Shown here: piece after piece, positions 1-12,245 of the stretch
Layout: every line of letters begins with the position of its first letter
Position numbering within the stretch: the first letter of the stretch is position 1
Assembly: GCA_028534125.1 (NCBI GenBank)
Contig: CM052817.1
Coordinates: 78,494,001-78,558,000 of the forward strand
Origin: Lama glama
Lineage: Eukaryota
DNA length: 64,000 bases
Direction of reading: 5' to 3'
Notes under the pieces: model-generated
Told to the model about the DNA's origin: nothing
Databases searched by the model: none
The model's input: the letters and a program-made list of their open reading frames with translations, nothing else
Program-made: the position numbers and the translations under genes

Positions 1-89
1 GCTACAGTGTTTGGCCTGTCCTGTTCTTTTCAGACAAGTCCACTGGCTCTCTCTCAAGTCTCACAACGGCTAGCTCCTATTCAATGTCA

Positions 90-889
90 AAATACAATTG
101 TAATAACTGTCTTTAATGCCACAATAACTTTGGAGATGCAGCATGCCTTTTAACTATTAAAAGGGTCAATTCTGGTGCCAAATTCCATAATGGCACAGTT
201 TTGGAGACAGAACAGAAATTGAAAACACCAAGGGAGCTGCTTGGGAAAATGAACAGTATATAATCTAATATCTTTAATTTTATATACATGAATATAATGT
301 ATGTCAACTTTGTACATGAGATACATACAGTATTTAAACATTTTACTCAACAGATAAGAATTTACAATAGCAATATGACTGACTAAAGGGCTGTCCACTT
401 AATATATTTTGATTAGCTCTGTACTTTAACAGGGAAAGACTGGAATAGTTTACAATCATAGAAACACTGACATTTAAAACAAGACTTTATAAAATAATTT
501 ATTATATATCCTAGCATCTATTGAGAGGAATGATTTGCATTTGTGGATGTGTGCAATGAATAGCGTATTTTAAATTTTTAGGTAATAAAATAATTTAGAA
601 GCAGTTCATGCAGTGGTCAAAGCAAAGGATGGCAGTTCCTTCAAGATGTCCTCTATCTTTGACATCAGCCGACATCAGACACACCTTAGGTAGCACGGGG
701 GCACACTAGACCAAGTCTCTTCCAGCAATTACTTATATAAACAGCCATAGACACGAGCTGATATCCTTCTTTCCATAGCACAAGTACAGGTCACAACTTT
801 TCTCAGCTGTGGGAGTAGTCAGTGTATACTTAAAGTGATTTGATGTCTCTCCTGGAGTTCTACATAATATATATCTCTATACACGGTAA
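90..889 (-). other. NDNF: NDNF 3' UTR (distal end approximate)
   Basis: AT-rich, with no recognisable repeats, downstream of the TAG. Candidate poly(A) signals on the minus strand: AATAAA at 503-498, ATTAAA at 278-273 and ATTAAA at 117-112, the last followed by T/GT-rich sequence. Confidence 0.7.
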
Positions 890-2283
890 CTAACAGAACT
901 TCCTGGTTTTCACAACTTTACTCTGATACTTCACAGAGTGCCCGCCATGTCCTATGACATAAACATCCAGCAGGTAAGATTTCCCAGGCTGAAGACCTTT
1001 AATTGTTTCTGTGGTCACTGCTTTTTGCAGGTTCTGACTGTGGAAATATTTACAGAGGACCTTCTCTGACTTCTTCCTGGTATCTGGTCCAAGGCATTGG
1101 TTTTGCTCTCTTTTCTTCTGGTCTTCATTGTAGTTATCATCCACCTCCTTTTTGTAGATGCAAAACTTGTTCCTTTCCTGGGTGCCCAGCCACGCCACAG
1201 TGGCTGAGGAGCAGGTACGGAGCTTGTCGAAGGCTTTGATTCGTGTGTCTTCGGGAAGGGAGGGAAATGACTGCTTGCTCGGCCTCGTGGTAGCAAGTAT
1301 TTTCAACATAGATGCTCCTTTCTTGTTCCCTTTCAGTCGAATGAGATATTTGGCTTTAGGTTTTCCTCTCAGCTGAAACTGCCGAATGCCTTCCACATTC
1401 TGAGACAGAAGGAGTTTCCCGTCTCTTCTCACTTGGATTTGGACAGCGTCCAGACAAGAGTGAATAAAGAAGGTGACCTTTTGGTGAGAAGAGACCGGAG
1501 CAAAACGTAGGAACTTTGCTCCCTTCCTTTTAACAAACACATCTGTAACCTTCCCATCTTTCAGCTCCACTGTCTTCTGTTTGGCTTCCTCCTTGGTCCT
1601 GGCGAAGGTGCCCACGTAAGCGGTGCTCATGTTGCTGTTGCTGTTGGCCACGAAGACGTCAAAGTAGTACTGCGTGTCGGGTTTCAGATCCGAGACGGTG
1701 AAGATGTTCTTGTTTCCTATGCAGATTTTCTGGATGTCCACCTTGGGCCTGGCGTAGGCATGCCGCCCCAGCTTTGGAGAAGACTTTGTCAGGTAGCTGC
1801 GTTCTTTCCCCGAGTTATCCGATGGAAATCCGAAGTGGGCAAAGTCGAAAGGGCTGAAGTCCAGACCGGGCTTGGGAGCCATCATGAAAGCGTCGTCCGC
1901 ACTCAGTTTGGCTTCCACTGCGCAGAGACTTTTGAAATTGTGCTCTTTGTTGATGACCACACAGTACTGAATGGGCTGTTTCAGCAGAGAGGCTGTGGGG
2001 CTGGGCTTCCAGGCCAAAGTGACCGTGGTGCGTCCCAGGGAGGTGACGTCGACTCTTGGATCATAAGGTAATTCCGGGTAGGGCTGATCAGACTCGGGAG
2101 TCGTGGTGGCGTATACTTTGAAGTGTGTGTCTTTCTCTGTTGAAAGAAGCTCCAACTGATATAAGCCAGACGGAGAACTGGAAGATATGAAGTATTCCAC
2201 GTCATTGCCTTTGTAGGAGAATAACTCTGTGCCTTCCTCGTTAATGATCTGCTGCTTCTGCTGATCCAGAAGTTCAGGCTCAC
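890..2283 (-). CDS. NDNF: NDNF terminal coding exon (gene exon 4), 1394 nt including TAG, encoding the fibronectin type III domains
   Basis: ORF 890..2305 trimmed to acceptor cttgtag|GT GAG CCT. Translates ...EPELLDQQKQQIINEEGTELFSYKGNDVEY...KVVKTRKFC*. FN3-type motifs VTLAW, LKPDTQYYFDVFV and LQPGKSYLLDVYV. Spliced CDS 188+125+1394=1707 nt = 568 aa plus stop. Confidence 0.98.
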
Positions 2284-2864
2284 CTACAAGACACGAGGGA
2301 AGCACAGTCTACATGTCAGGGCATATGCTGTGGCTCATCAACCTTAAATTGTGTTTTTAGGACACTTTAACTTCATTTTAAAATTATAAAAAGAATACAT
2401 ATTCCCAGTAGAAAATTTGGAGATAGAGAACAAAATAAAGTAGCATCCATTAATGTGTGATCCAGAGACAGTCTTTTATTAACATCTTGGTGTATTTCGA
2501 TCAGTCTTTTTTTTTTAAACGTTATTCATTTTCTTTATCTGAGTCTCATCACTCCCCATATACACTTACATTATTTTCCTAATCACAGCATTCCCTCATC
2601 ACTGTAAGTATCTAACTTGCCAGCATCCTGTCGTGGCACCAGCCTCAAACCTTCACTTTAGGCTTTGCCCCTTAGAGGGAGCAGCATCTCTCCAGGGCCT
2701 CATAGACTGTACTCATTTCTTTGTATCTTGTTATTTGCTTTCCATCATCTGCACCTTCTTTAAATGCCTAACCTACTCCTCCTCCTGACTTTCTTCTCAT
2801 CCTGGACTTCCAGTGGTGTCAAGTGTCCTTTTGTTCTCTCTTTGTTTCTACCCTTCCTCAGAGA

Positions 2865-3017
2865 TCAGAGGCTGCACATTAGAATCACCTGACCCCAGTG
2901 TCTAGACCACACCCCAGGGCCATGAAATCACAACCTCTGAAGGCAGGACCCAGACATCAGTAGCATAAAAAGTCCCAAGTGGTGATTCCAGTGTTCAGGT
3001 AAGACTGCAGACCACAG
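2865..3017. mobile_element. MER5-like hAT-Charlie DNA transposon relic
   Basis: gctgcacattagaatcacctg...gtggtgattccagtgt resembles the MER5 consensus as recalled. Confidence 0.6.
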
Positions 3018-3266
3018 CCAGGGAAGCTAATCTCCACCCCTTGCCTTTCCTCACTCCTTACTCCTCATAACCTATCTCTCTTAACCTTTTATTTTACCAA
3101 GATCACCATCATCGGATACCATCCCCCATTTCCCTTATCTCCATTTCAAAATTTCCAGATTCACTGCAACCATACTGTTTTTACTTACTAAGAGAAGGCT
3201 TTAGGTTTCCTAAGCCTTTGAGTCATCCATCCAGAGGTCTGGGACCACATCTGTCAGGCCGCTTAC

Positions 3267-3391
3267 CTGAGCCTTCCCCACTCGCCTCCTCAGGCAGCTC
3301 CTGGAGACTCAGCTTCCATTCCAGTGGCGCATCGCAGGGAGTCACTGTGACTGACAGTGGAGTATTGTCTTCTTCAACCACAAAGAAATAC
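3267..3391 (-). CDS. NDNF: NDNF coding exon (gene exon 3), 125 nt
   Basis: Not in the ORF track; read by hand. Acceptor ttttgcacag|G, then YFFVVEEDNTPLSVTVTPCDAPLEWKLSLQELPEEASGEGS(G), then donor TCAG|gtaagc. Phases fit both neighbours (188+125=313 nt). Confidence 0.96.
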
Positions 3392-4479
3392 CTGTGCAAA
3401 AGTGGACCACTTCAGACCAAGATCGTTCATTGTAATGCTTACCATCAAGATTACTGGAAAAAATCACTTGGTTTGATTTGTATTCATTGAATAGAAAATA
3501 AAACTGGTGATTGGACACAACTCATGAAACCTTCAGCATTAACTGCGGAAGTCCAACAGCCCAAGTTTCCCCAACCAGGTTTACTATCAACACAACATGA
3601 AATCATTAAAAGATGTTGAGCTGAAATGAATTGCTTGAGAGTTACTTGAGTTAAGAACCAACACTTAACCAGTTTGGGGGTGTTATTTAACAGAGGTTCT
3701 GCCAGTGCAAAGTAAGTCACAACCAAGAAAGATTTCCAGTATGTCACCCTACAGATACTGTGTTTTCTATAAACTGGAGGATATATTTGTAAGTTACCCT
3801 GAGGGCACTCTAAAGTAGCCACCAACAATTCCAGGAGATCATTTTCACAGCAGTGTAGTTCTAACATGCATGTTGGTCTTTGGCCAATAACACTGTATTC
3901 ATGTTTTTACATTAGTGACTGTTCTCAGCTTTACTATTCCAATCCTTTTTGCAGAGGGGTATCTAATCACCATTTGAGAAATATATTTGAAAGGTTAAGA
4001 TCACGGTGTCAGTCAGTGGAAAGACCCATTTCTCTACCACTAAGACTTTCTGTAGAATTAAATATCCTAGTGATTTTAAAAACAAAGTTTTAAAAGATCA
4101 AAACACTCTGCTCTATGCTTTCTCCTCATATTTTTTAAATGACACCTCAAATGAACTTTTAAGGAAGATAAAAATATTGCCCATCTATAACAATGCCATA
4201 TATTCTTACTCTGAATAATTTAGGTGATCTCATTTATCTTTCCAAGCCCATATCTGGCAAAGGAGGAAACGGTGGTTTCCATTGCAGCAAGCCCAGAGCT
4301 GCTCACTGGTTTCATGGCAAAAGATGATAAGTTTCACCTTCTAGAGATGGCACCTGCTGGATATCTCTTGCCTCTCCATTCTCTCCACATCCACCCCAAC
4401 ACACTCTCCAAACTGACCACCATGGCCTTCTGCTCCATCAGTCTCTTCTGTGGTTCCTTCTCACCCCACCAACCTCTAA

Positions 4480-6085
4480 CCCCCAGGGTGAACCAGGACA
4501 CTCTTTCCTACCCACGCTCATCCCCTGTGTGATCTCATCCAGGGTCATGGCTTTAGCCTCTTATGTGTTAATGACTCCCAATCCCAAATATATTTTATTT
4601 TATTTTTTTTGAAGTATAGTCAGTTTACGATGTGGTGTTAATTTCTGGTGCACAGCATAGTGATATATATATATATTCCTTTTCATATTCTTTTTCATTA
4701 TAAGCTATTACAAGGTATTAAATATAGTTCCCTGTACGCTACAGTAGGGCCTTATTATCTGCTTTATGCATAGTAGTTAGTATCTGCAAATCCTGAACTC
4801 TCAAATTTAAATTGTTATCCTGTTCCACTTTCTCTGTTACCACCAGATCCAGGCCAGCATTTTTTCTTGCCTGAGCCTTGCAATAGCCTTCTGACTGGTC
4901 TTGTTTCCACTTTGACCCCCTTAGTTTATTGACCTCCTTCTAGGAGGAGATATCCTTGTGTACCTAAGACGGAACACACTTGCTGCAAGCCCTCCAAGAG
5001 CTTATTTCCTTCAGAGTAAAAACCACAGAACTCACGACAATTTGGTTCCCCAACCAAATCTCCAAACCCACCTCTTCCTACTCTCTCCCCCCTTTACTAA
5101 GCTCCTTGCTGTCTTTGGAACACTCACGACAAGCCCTTGCCTCAGGGCATCTGCACTTCTTATTCCTCCGCCTGATATACTGTTCCTCCTCCTGAGATGC
5201 TCATCCTCCAGCTATTGACCTTACTTGCTCAGTCACTGCATCCGCTGTCTACTCCAGCACCATCTTGCCGTGGGCCTACGCTGACTCCTTAAGTAAGATA
5301 TCCGCTTCCTACCCAAGAAGCTCTTTCACTCGTCTTCATTTTTCTTCAAAGCACTCATCATCATCTGATGTATTATGTATTCCTTTGTTCATTTTATTTT
5401 TAAATCTTTCCCACCTTCCCCAACTAGCATGAAACTACAAGAGGGCAGGGCATTAGGTTCATGGGTGAAGGCTTTGAAGCTAAAATAATTCTGAATAAAT
5501 ATTTGTTGAATTAATTAATGAATAGGCTTAGCTGCTCACTTTGGGAGAGAAGTCCTTAATTGTTCACAGAGTCTAAAGCTCAGTGCAGGGACCTCTGCCA
5601 ACCTCACTGTTGGGTCATCATCCTTTTTTGCTTTTTGTGCTCCAAACATGTAGAGTTTCTCTAGTTTCTCAGACTCCACTCCATCTTAGAGCCTTTGGGA
5701 TGTTGTTTTCTCTACCTGAAATACACCCTTTAGCCTTTAATAATACTTACAAATAAATAAACACACAAACAAACGAATAAATAAAACTATATTGATGTCC
5801 ATATCTTTACTAATATTTAAATGTCGCTTCTTCAGAGATGACTTTTCTTACTCATTCTCGGTCAGGGTCTCTCACACACTCTGAGTGTCCTGTACTTTTC
5901 ACTTTTTGGCACCTACTGCAATTTGTGACTATATATTTATATCATCATTTGATTAATGTCATTTTCCCCACAAGGGCCCACTTAGGGTTCATTTTCCATG
6001 TCAATTTATCTCCAGCACTGAGCACAGATTTCTGCACGTAGAAGGTCCTTGATGAACATTTTTAGTGAGTGAATTACTAACTAGG
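4480..6085. mobile_element. L2 fragments interrupted by a younger L1 3' end
   Basis: L2-type pyrimidine-rich text ending in aataaatatttgttgaattaattaatgaat (~5495-5523), and a second such end near 6050-6075. Confidence 0.55.
4590..4806 (-). mobile_element. 5'-truncated L1 3' UTR fragment
   Basis: Poly-T followed by gaagtatagtcagtttac...aatatagttccctgt...tatctgcaaatc, the reverse complement of the L1 tails at ~22930-23210 and ~45400-45595 in this window. Confidence 0.85.
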
Positions 6086-7601
6086 TAAATAGAACTCAAG
6101 AATCATAGCACCCACCTTATTCTAGCTTGAGGATACCTACACTTAGAGTTTGTTTCTATCTGAAGATATAGAATTTGAATGGAAATATGTCTGCTTTTTC
6201 CTCCCTTCACTATTCAAATATGAGTTAGGAGCTGGAGAGTGCAGATAAGCTGTGGAAGGGCAAATAAAGGGAAGACACTATAAAAGCAAAAACAACTTGT
6301 TCATAATATAATAAAGTTAAACAATCATCCAGACAAAATAACTAGATAATTGAATTGTTTACTGTAGGGAAATTTTATACCTTAAGCAGCCCTAAGGTTA
6401 AGTGTCAGATGGTTTAACTTTAAATTCAGACAACTTTTTGGAGAGCAGGATTTTGCTCCTTTGGCTAAGTGGCATAGGCAATATATATCCACTATAAACA
6501 TAACTGAACCTATCTGCCTCAGAAAGAATTAGGTAAGACAAAATAATTCATTTACCATCATGGAATTTTAAAACTATTCAAAACTTTTTGGTTTTGTTTG
6601 TTTTTGGTTTTTATGTGGATGACAGAGCTAACCAACACTGAAGCAGAAATCAATGTGCACATTCATCCATTATCTTCTGTTATCATTTCAATCAAGAAAG
6701 TAGTTTATTTCTCAAAGTAAGTAACTTAGTGTCTTGGTAACTTTAATACACACTGTAAGCAACCAATAACAAGACAACAATGCTTACATTCCACAAGGTA
6801 ATCATTATACCTATGAAACATCAGTCAACATTTTCACATGGAAGCACTTATGATTAGGGATCAAAGATAATCTGAATAAACTTCAACCATTTGACAAACA
6901 TTTACTGTCTACCATGCACAGTGCACTCCTGGAAAGGGGCTGCAATCAGAGATGACAGGGCACGATCTAGAAGCTCCAGATATTTACTGGCTAGTGAGGG
7001 AGACAGAAAGAAATGTGACAAATATGCTCTGAATCACAAAGCCAGAGCTGAGGGATAAACACTCGATGAACCATTTAGACTTTGGAATTTATGTATAAAC
7101 ATAATAATAATTAATGAATATGTTGTTTTTTGCTATTCTCTGCTGCCAAACTTCATCTGGAATTTCATCTTTGGTTGTAATATCAACAATGTCTGTGTGT
7201 CTTCCACGGCATATTTTACCCCTAGAAATGACTGCGGCAGCAACTCTTTATTTAGCTAGTGTAAACTAACGTTGCATCCAAATATAGATATCAAAGTCCC
7301 TAACAATTATTTGGGGGGAAAAAAGACCATACAAATGAACAAATGGGAGAAATTAAAATGGAGGGAGGAAAGGAGCATGTGTTGTTTTGCAATGTCTTGT
7401 AATAAAAACATACTGCTTTAAAAAAATGTCATGTAAGTTAAGGCAACTCTTAGGATCAAAACTTACTTAATTTTTAAGAGGCTGGGAGATCAAGAATAAA
7501 CTATTTATTTGATTAAGTGATAGGATTACACAATTTGGAATGCTACATTTAAAGAACACTGCACAACAGTGCACAAGTACCTTGAGGAAATCAAAGTAAT
7601 T

Positions 7602-7729
7602 GTTTTATTTTGTTTTGTTTTGTTTTGTCTTGTAGGGGAGAAGATGTAATTAGGTATGGGGGATTGAACCCAGGACCTTATGCATGTCAGGCATGCGTGC
7701 ACTCTGCCACTGAGCTATACCCACCCCAT
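7602..7729 (-). mobile_element. tRNA-derived SINE (vic-1-like, camelid)
   Basis: Minus strand reads GGGGTGGGTATAGCTCAGTGGCAGAG...GTCCTGGGTTCAATCCCC (Pol III A and B boxes) with an A-rich tail. TSD aaagtaatt at 7593-7601 and 7730-7738. Confidence 0.85.
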
Positions 7730-8956
7730 AAAGTAATTTTTAAAGACAAAAGTTTCAATTCACTCAAAAACTTCAAGACAAAATAATATGTAAAGCGAAA
7801 TGGGTTTGGCATGAATTCAGCTGATATTTAAGGCTAATCTGAATTATTAGGACTGCCTCCTCTGTCCTTCCCTGTTTTCACAGACTGAGTCTTAATAAAT
7901 ACCAGCACATCAAGTTCCTTCAGTGTAATCATCCTTGTGTGTTGTGCCTTCACTCTTGTGACTGTCATTGAGGGATTTATTAGTATTTTATATATCACTG
8001 ACAAGTCAGTTCCTAATCTATTACACTCACTTGAACAAATAATTTCATTCAGATGGGGCTGAAATGATATTCAAACTACTATATGACTGGTCACATCAGT
8101 CATAATATGAAAACTGATCATTTACTATCATTCAGACTGAGCAGATGGTAAAAGGATTGTGACACTCAGTGGAAGGGGAGTACCATTTTCCATTATTACT
8201 GTCAATCAAAACTGAAATGACGAGAAAGATGCCCTAGTGATTTTATATACCTCAACCTTTGGAAAATGGATTATTGATGATATGACATAGTTTTTCCTTT
8301 GGAATGCCATGGTGTCCTGGGTTAAAAGGAGATATCATTTTTGAAATATGATAGAGAGGGGTTTGGGCGCTGCAAATTAAGTAACTTTAAATATAATTAG
8401 CTTATGTGATACACATATATACACATTTATTTACTTGTGTGATACGTATGTAATTTTAAAAGGTCAAAATATTTAGAAGCATTATGTCAGCTCAATGTCT
8501 TAATGTTGGGATGAAGGTAAATGAGCAGTCAGTTTTTATCACTGTTTGGTTTGATTCTTTCAGAATCTGATTATTTTGGTCAAAGAAATATTATCCTTAC
8601 AAGACAATGCAAATACTTGAAGAATCATATGTATTCAATTAATTTCATTAACGTTCCAGAGTCGTCCTGAGAAATTTCCTATTGTCCTAAAGAAAATAAA
8701 ATAATCATTCCAAAATGTAAGCCATGCAAAGATTGCTCTGTCCACCCCAAAAGGAGATCACAATTGGCAGGAATCAAAGAGCCTCTATTTAATGACCAAA
8801 GTCACACTGCCATTTTTTTTCTTACTTAGAGAAAAATAGGCAATGCTATTCAGAGGTTGATTGCAAATTATCTAAGCTAAGTCTAAAAGGTTACTTTCTT
8901 TTTTAGAGACATCCTTTATGAGCTTATGGATAAAGAAAGTGTTGCAGGGAGAGTAC

Positions 8957-9144
8957 CTTTTAGGTGTGTCTCTAAAGAGATAACTGCTAATCTCAGCTCC
9001 ATCTGGAATTACTGATGAATCATGAAAAAATGCCTTGTCCCGGATTTGCATCTGAAAAAGTTCCTCATCTCGAGTGGGTAACTTCTGGGTCCTTGAGCCG
9101 AGTGGTAACAGCAGCCACAGCAGACACCAGTGGAGAGGCACCAT
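8957..9144 (-). CDS. NDNF: NDNF first coding exon (gene exon 2): signal peptide and N-terminus, codons 1-63 (188 coding nt; the exon begins 1 nt earlier at 9145)
   Basis: Translates MVPLHWCLLWLLLPLGSRTQKLPTRDEELFQMQIRDKAFFHDSSVIPDGAEISSYLFRDTPK(R), recognised as the NDNF N-terminus. Acceptor ttctgttgccccag|G ATG (AG at 9147-9146). Donor AAAG|gtactc (GT at 8956-8955), phase 2. Confidence 0.97.
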
Positions 9145-9296
9145 CCTGGGGCAACAGAAGAATTGCCTACATTAATTTTACAGGCAAAACACTTGGGCAA
9201 GTTGCAAACTTCCTTAAAGGTTAACACTATTTTGGTTTCAGAAAAGCTGTATTACATATTTTAGATACACCCTCATGATCTGGAGGGCAAACTTCC

Positions 9297-9323
9297 TGTG
9301 TGTGTGTGTGTGTGTGTGTGTGT
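9297..9323. repeat. (TG)n microsatellite
   Basis: About 13 TG units. Confidence 0.95.
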
Positions 9324-10549
9324 TTTAAGTATTTCATCAAGTTGATAATGAATTCACCAGAGTTTCAGACATTAAAAAGATTCTGAAACAAAAGGACTCT
9401 TGGTGCATTAACTTTCCTGGGTATTCGGAGGGAAAATCCCCACTTCATTATGGCAGAAGCTGGTATGGTCATTGTAGATATCTATAGACAAATGTGTCAA
9501 AGCCTGGCCCACCACCTAAGTCACAGAGACCCACTGAGGGCCAGAATATGACCACTGAACAGTTATTTTTATTCTTCCTTTAAATTTGACCAAAGATCGT
9601 ATATGTATAGAATCATCCTTATTCCCCAAATCAGATATTCATAAATCAAGAGATTTTAAGAGATTGTAAAGTTTAACTTTCTCATAGGATTTGTCCAAAA
9701 TCATAAGGTGAGTTATTTCCCAGTGTTACAGATTAACCAGACTCTTCAACACAATATTTTATGTAAATCTTTCCTATATTAAAAAGCGGGCTTGGAGCCC
9801 CACTTCAAATCAAAGAAGACCATTGGAAAGTTCTGTCATTAGGTCATTTGTCTAACCTCCAGCAGTTCCATATTCACCAGTCCAGCAGAGTGTCTTCCTT
9901 GAGTTACATTTTGGCATTTGTAACTGACTTTCATCAAAAACTCTGTAAGTCATGATGGACAAGTCTATCATTCTCGACGGCACACTGTGTAGGGATGTTG
10001 TTGCCAACGCCATCTCCTACCTGCCTCCCTACCGCAACAGGAAGCCTCAGGTAGGCAACTTCTTTTCACATCAAATACTAGTGAAAGACTTTGCTTCCTT
10101 GGAGAAACTGATACTTGTTTTCCTCACAGAAACACCTGTGGAAGGCATTGTTTTCCTTTATCTCTTTGACAACATACATCAGAGAATTCAAGCATTAGGA
10201 GGAAATACAGTGTTCTTACACTGAAGTACTTTAAATAGTCAAGTGCAAATATTTGCAATCGTTTGAAATGAAGTGAATGCCAGCTTTATTTCTAAATAGT
10301 CATTGCTATAGCTATGAGGTCACCTCCACTTAAACCATTACTGGACTTTAATTTTATCTTTTGAGTGCTACCCAAGATAGATTCATACAACTGAAAATAT
10401 TTCTTGAGGGGAATAAGCTTTTCTTTTGTATGAGGATTTGAGACATAATTTTTCACAGTGAGCTTGTTCAGAAAGTTTGTTTAATTTACTTTCTCAAAAC
10501 AATTTTCTCTTTCTGCCATGCATTCTGCAGTTTTTCATGAAAAATATCT

Positions 10550-10740
10550 GCAGTAATTAAGAGTTACTATGTGCAAAACACAGTGCTAAGTTTGCTAACT
10601 GCATTATTGCATTAAGTCTTCACAAAAACCTTGTAAAGTAGGTACTATTCTTATACGAGAATGAACCTCCTTTAACATAAGCAGAGAAAAGATATAAACC
10701 CAGGTGAATCTGACTGTGGAGCCCACACATTTATCCTCTA
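10550..10740 (-). mobile_element. MIR SINE fragment
   Basis: tactatgtgcaaaacacagtgctaag...cacaaaaaccttgtaaagtaggtactatt...aacccaggtgaatctgact is MIR-like. Confidence 0.6.
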
Positions 10741-12245
10741 TAATATCTCTCAAAAAAGCCATAATGATTTCTTACAAGAGTCTCTTATTTCCCATCCTTA
10801 TTTCTCAGTTGTATTGCAATTCAATAAAAACTTGTCTGAAAGCTAAGAATTTTGACTTTTTGGTTTCAGGGTCCAAGTAGAAGTGTCATCTTAGCAGCTG
10901 ATGCTGCACCTCAATTTTTAGAAAGGCTTGAATGGTTGATCTCCAAACTCTGAAATCCAGTGATGATTCTGAGACTGAATGCTCAACTCCTCTCCCCAAG
11001 TACCAAGCAGTTTAGGAATAAGACCAGGCCTCTTTAAGTTTCATTAAATACTCTGTCCCTCAGATATCCAGATGATTGTCAAGGTGAAATCCGAGGGAAG
11101 TTGGGGATGTAAATGAGAGTTACCAACAGCCGAGAAAGGTTATATCTACAAAAGATGGCTGGATGTCTCAAAATCCAATGAACCTTTCTGAAACAAAGAG
11201 AGAGATGGTGGAGCAGACTGATTGGGACCTCCACTCACGACCCTTAATCCCTCACCTCTGATGCCCTTCGTCCTGTAGATAACAGAAATAGAAACTCTGA
11301 GCAGAATTTGATATGCTGCCCCTGTTAAAGAAATACTCCTTATTTCAGCATTATTAAACGTTCCATGTATTGTGTAGTAGCATCTCTGAAACTGCCTTCT
11401 GAGAGCAGAGGAGGCCAGACAGTAAAATATGTCTCTTAAGAAATGGTTAGAATTTGGCTTTCCACATTTATTAGGAACTCAGAGTAAACATGCCACGGCC
11501 GCACTTGAGTGAGATACTGGGCGTAGTTGCCCTAGAATCACTCCAGGGCAGTCTTCCCTCATTAGGGCTCCTGTTTGCCCTGAAAGCTGTCGATTGCACA
11601 GTACCACTGTGCAACTGAGCAGGACAAGCTGCCCGATGCCCCAGGATGTCTGGGATATTTGGGTCAGCCCCAGAGCTAGAGAGCTCACTAGTTATGACTG
11701 GTGGGAATTTTCCCAGCATCCTCAGCTGCCTGTGGGAGGAACTTTCTCTTTATTAAATCAGCTCATTATAAGAGATGAATTTGGAGCTAACAACAGCAAT
11801 ATTAATCAATTTTTTTTTTGTCTACGGGCTGCATGCCAGGCACCCTTCTAAGTGCTTCATGTATGTTATCTCATGTAATGCTAGCAACAACCCTATGATG
11901 TTATTTTTTGTTATTTTCTGTTTTTTATTGAGGTATAATCAATTACAATGTGTCAATTTCTGCTGTACAGCATGATGTCCCAGTCATGCATATATATATA
12001 TATGCATATATTCATTTTCATTAAAGCAGCACTGTTATTTATCTCACCTCAAAAATGATTAAACTGAGGCTTGCACAGGTAATATCACATAGTGAATGTA
12101 ATATGATGTGAGAAACATCAACTGTCAGGAGTGACTTTAAAAATATCATACATACAAGTATTATATATTCCCCCACGTCAGCTACTTAGCAATGTAATAT
12201 TTAGTAAAGCCAACAACCTCAGGTGATAAGATTATGCAGAATAAG

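Noticed and set aside
2284..2305. N-terminal extension MLPSCLV of the 471-aa ORF
   Set aside because: Intronic. It starts at a non-ATG codon upstream of the splice acceptor at 2285-2284; the true N-terminus comes from exons 2 and 3.
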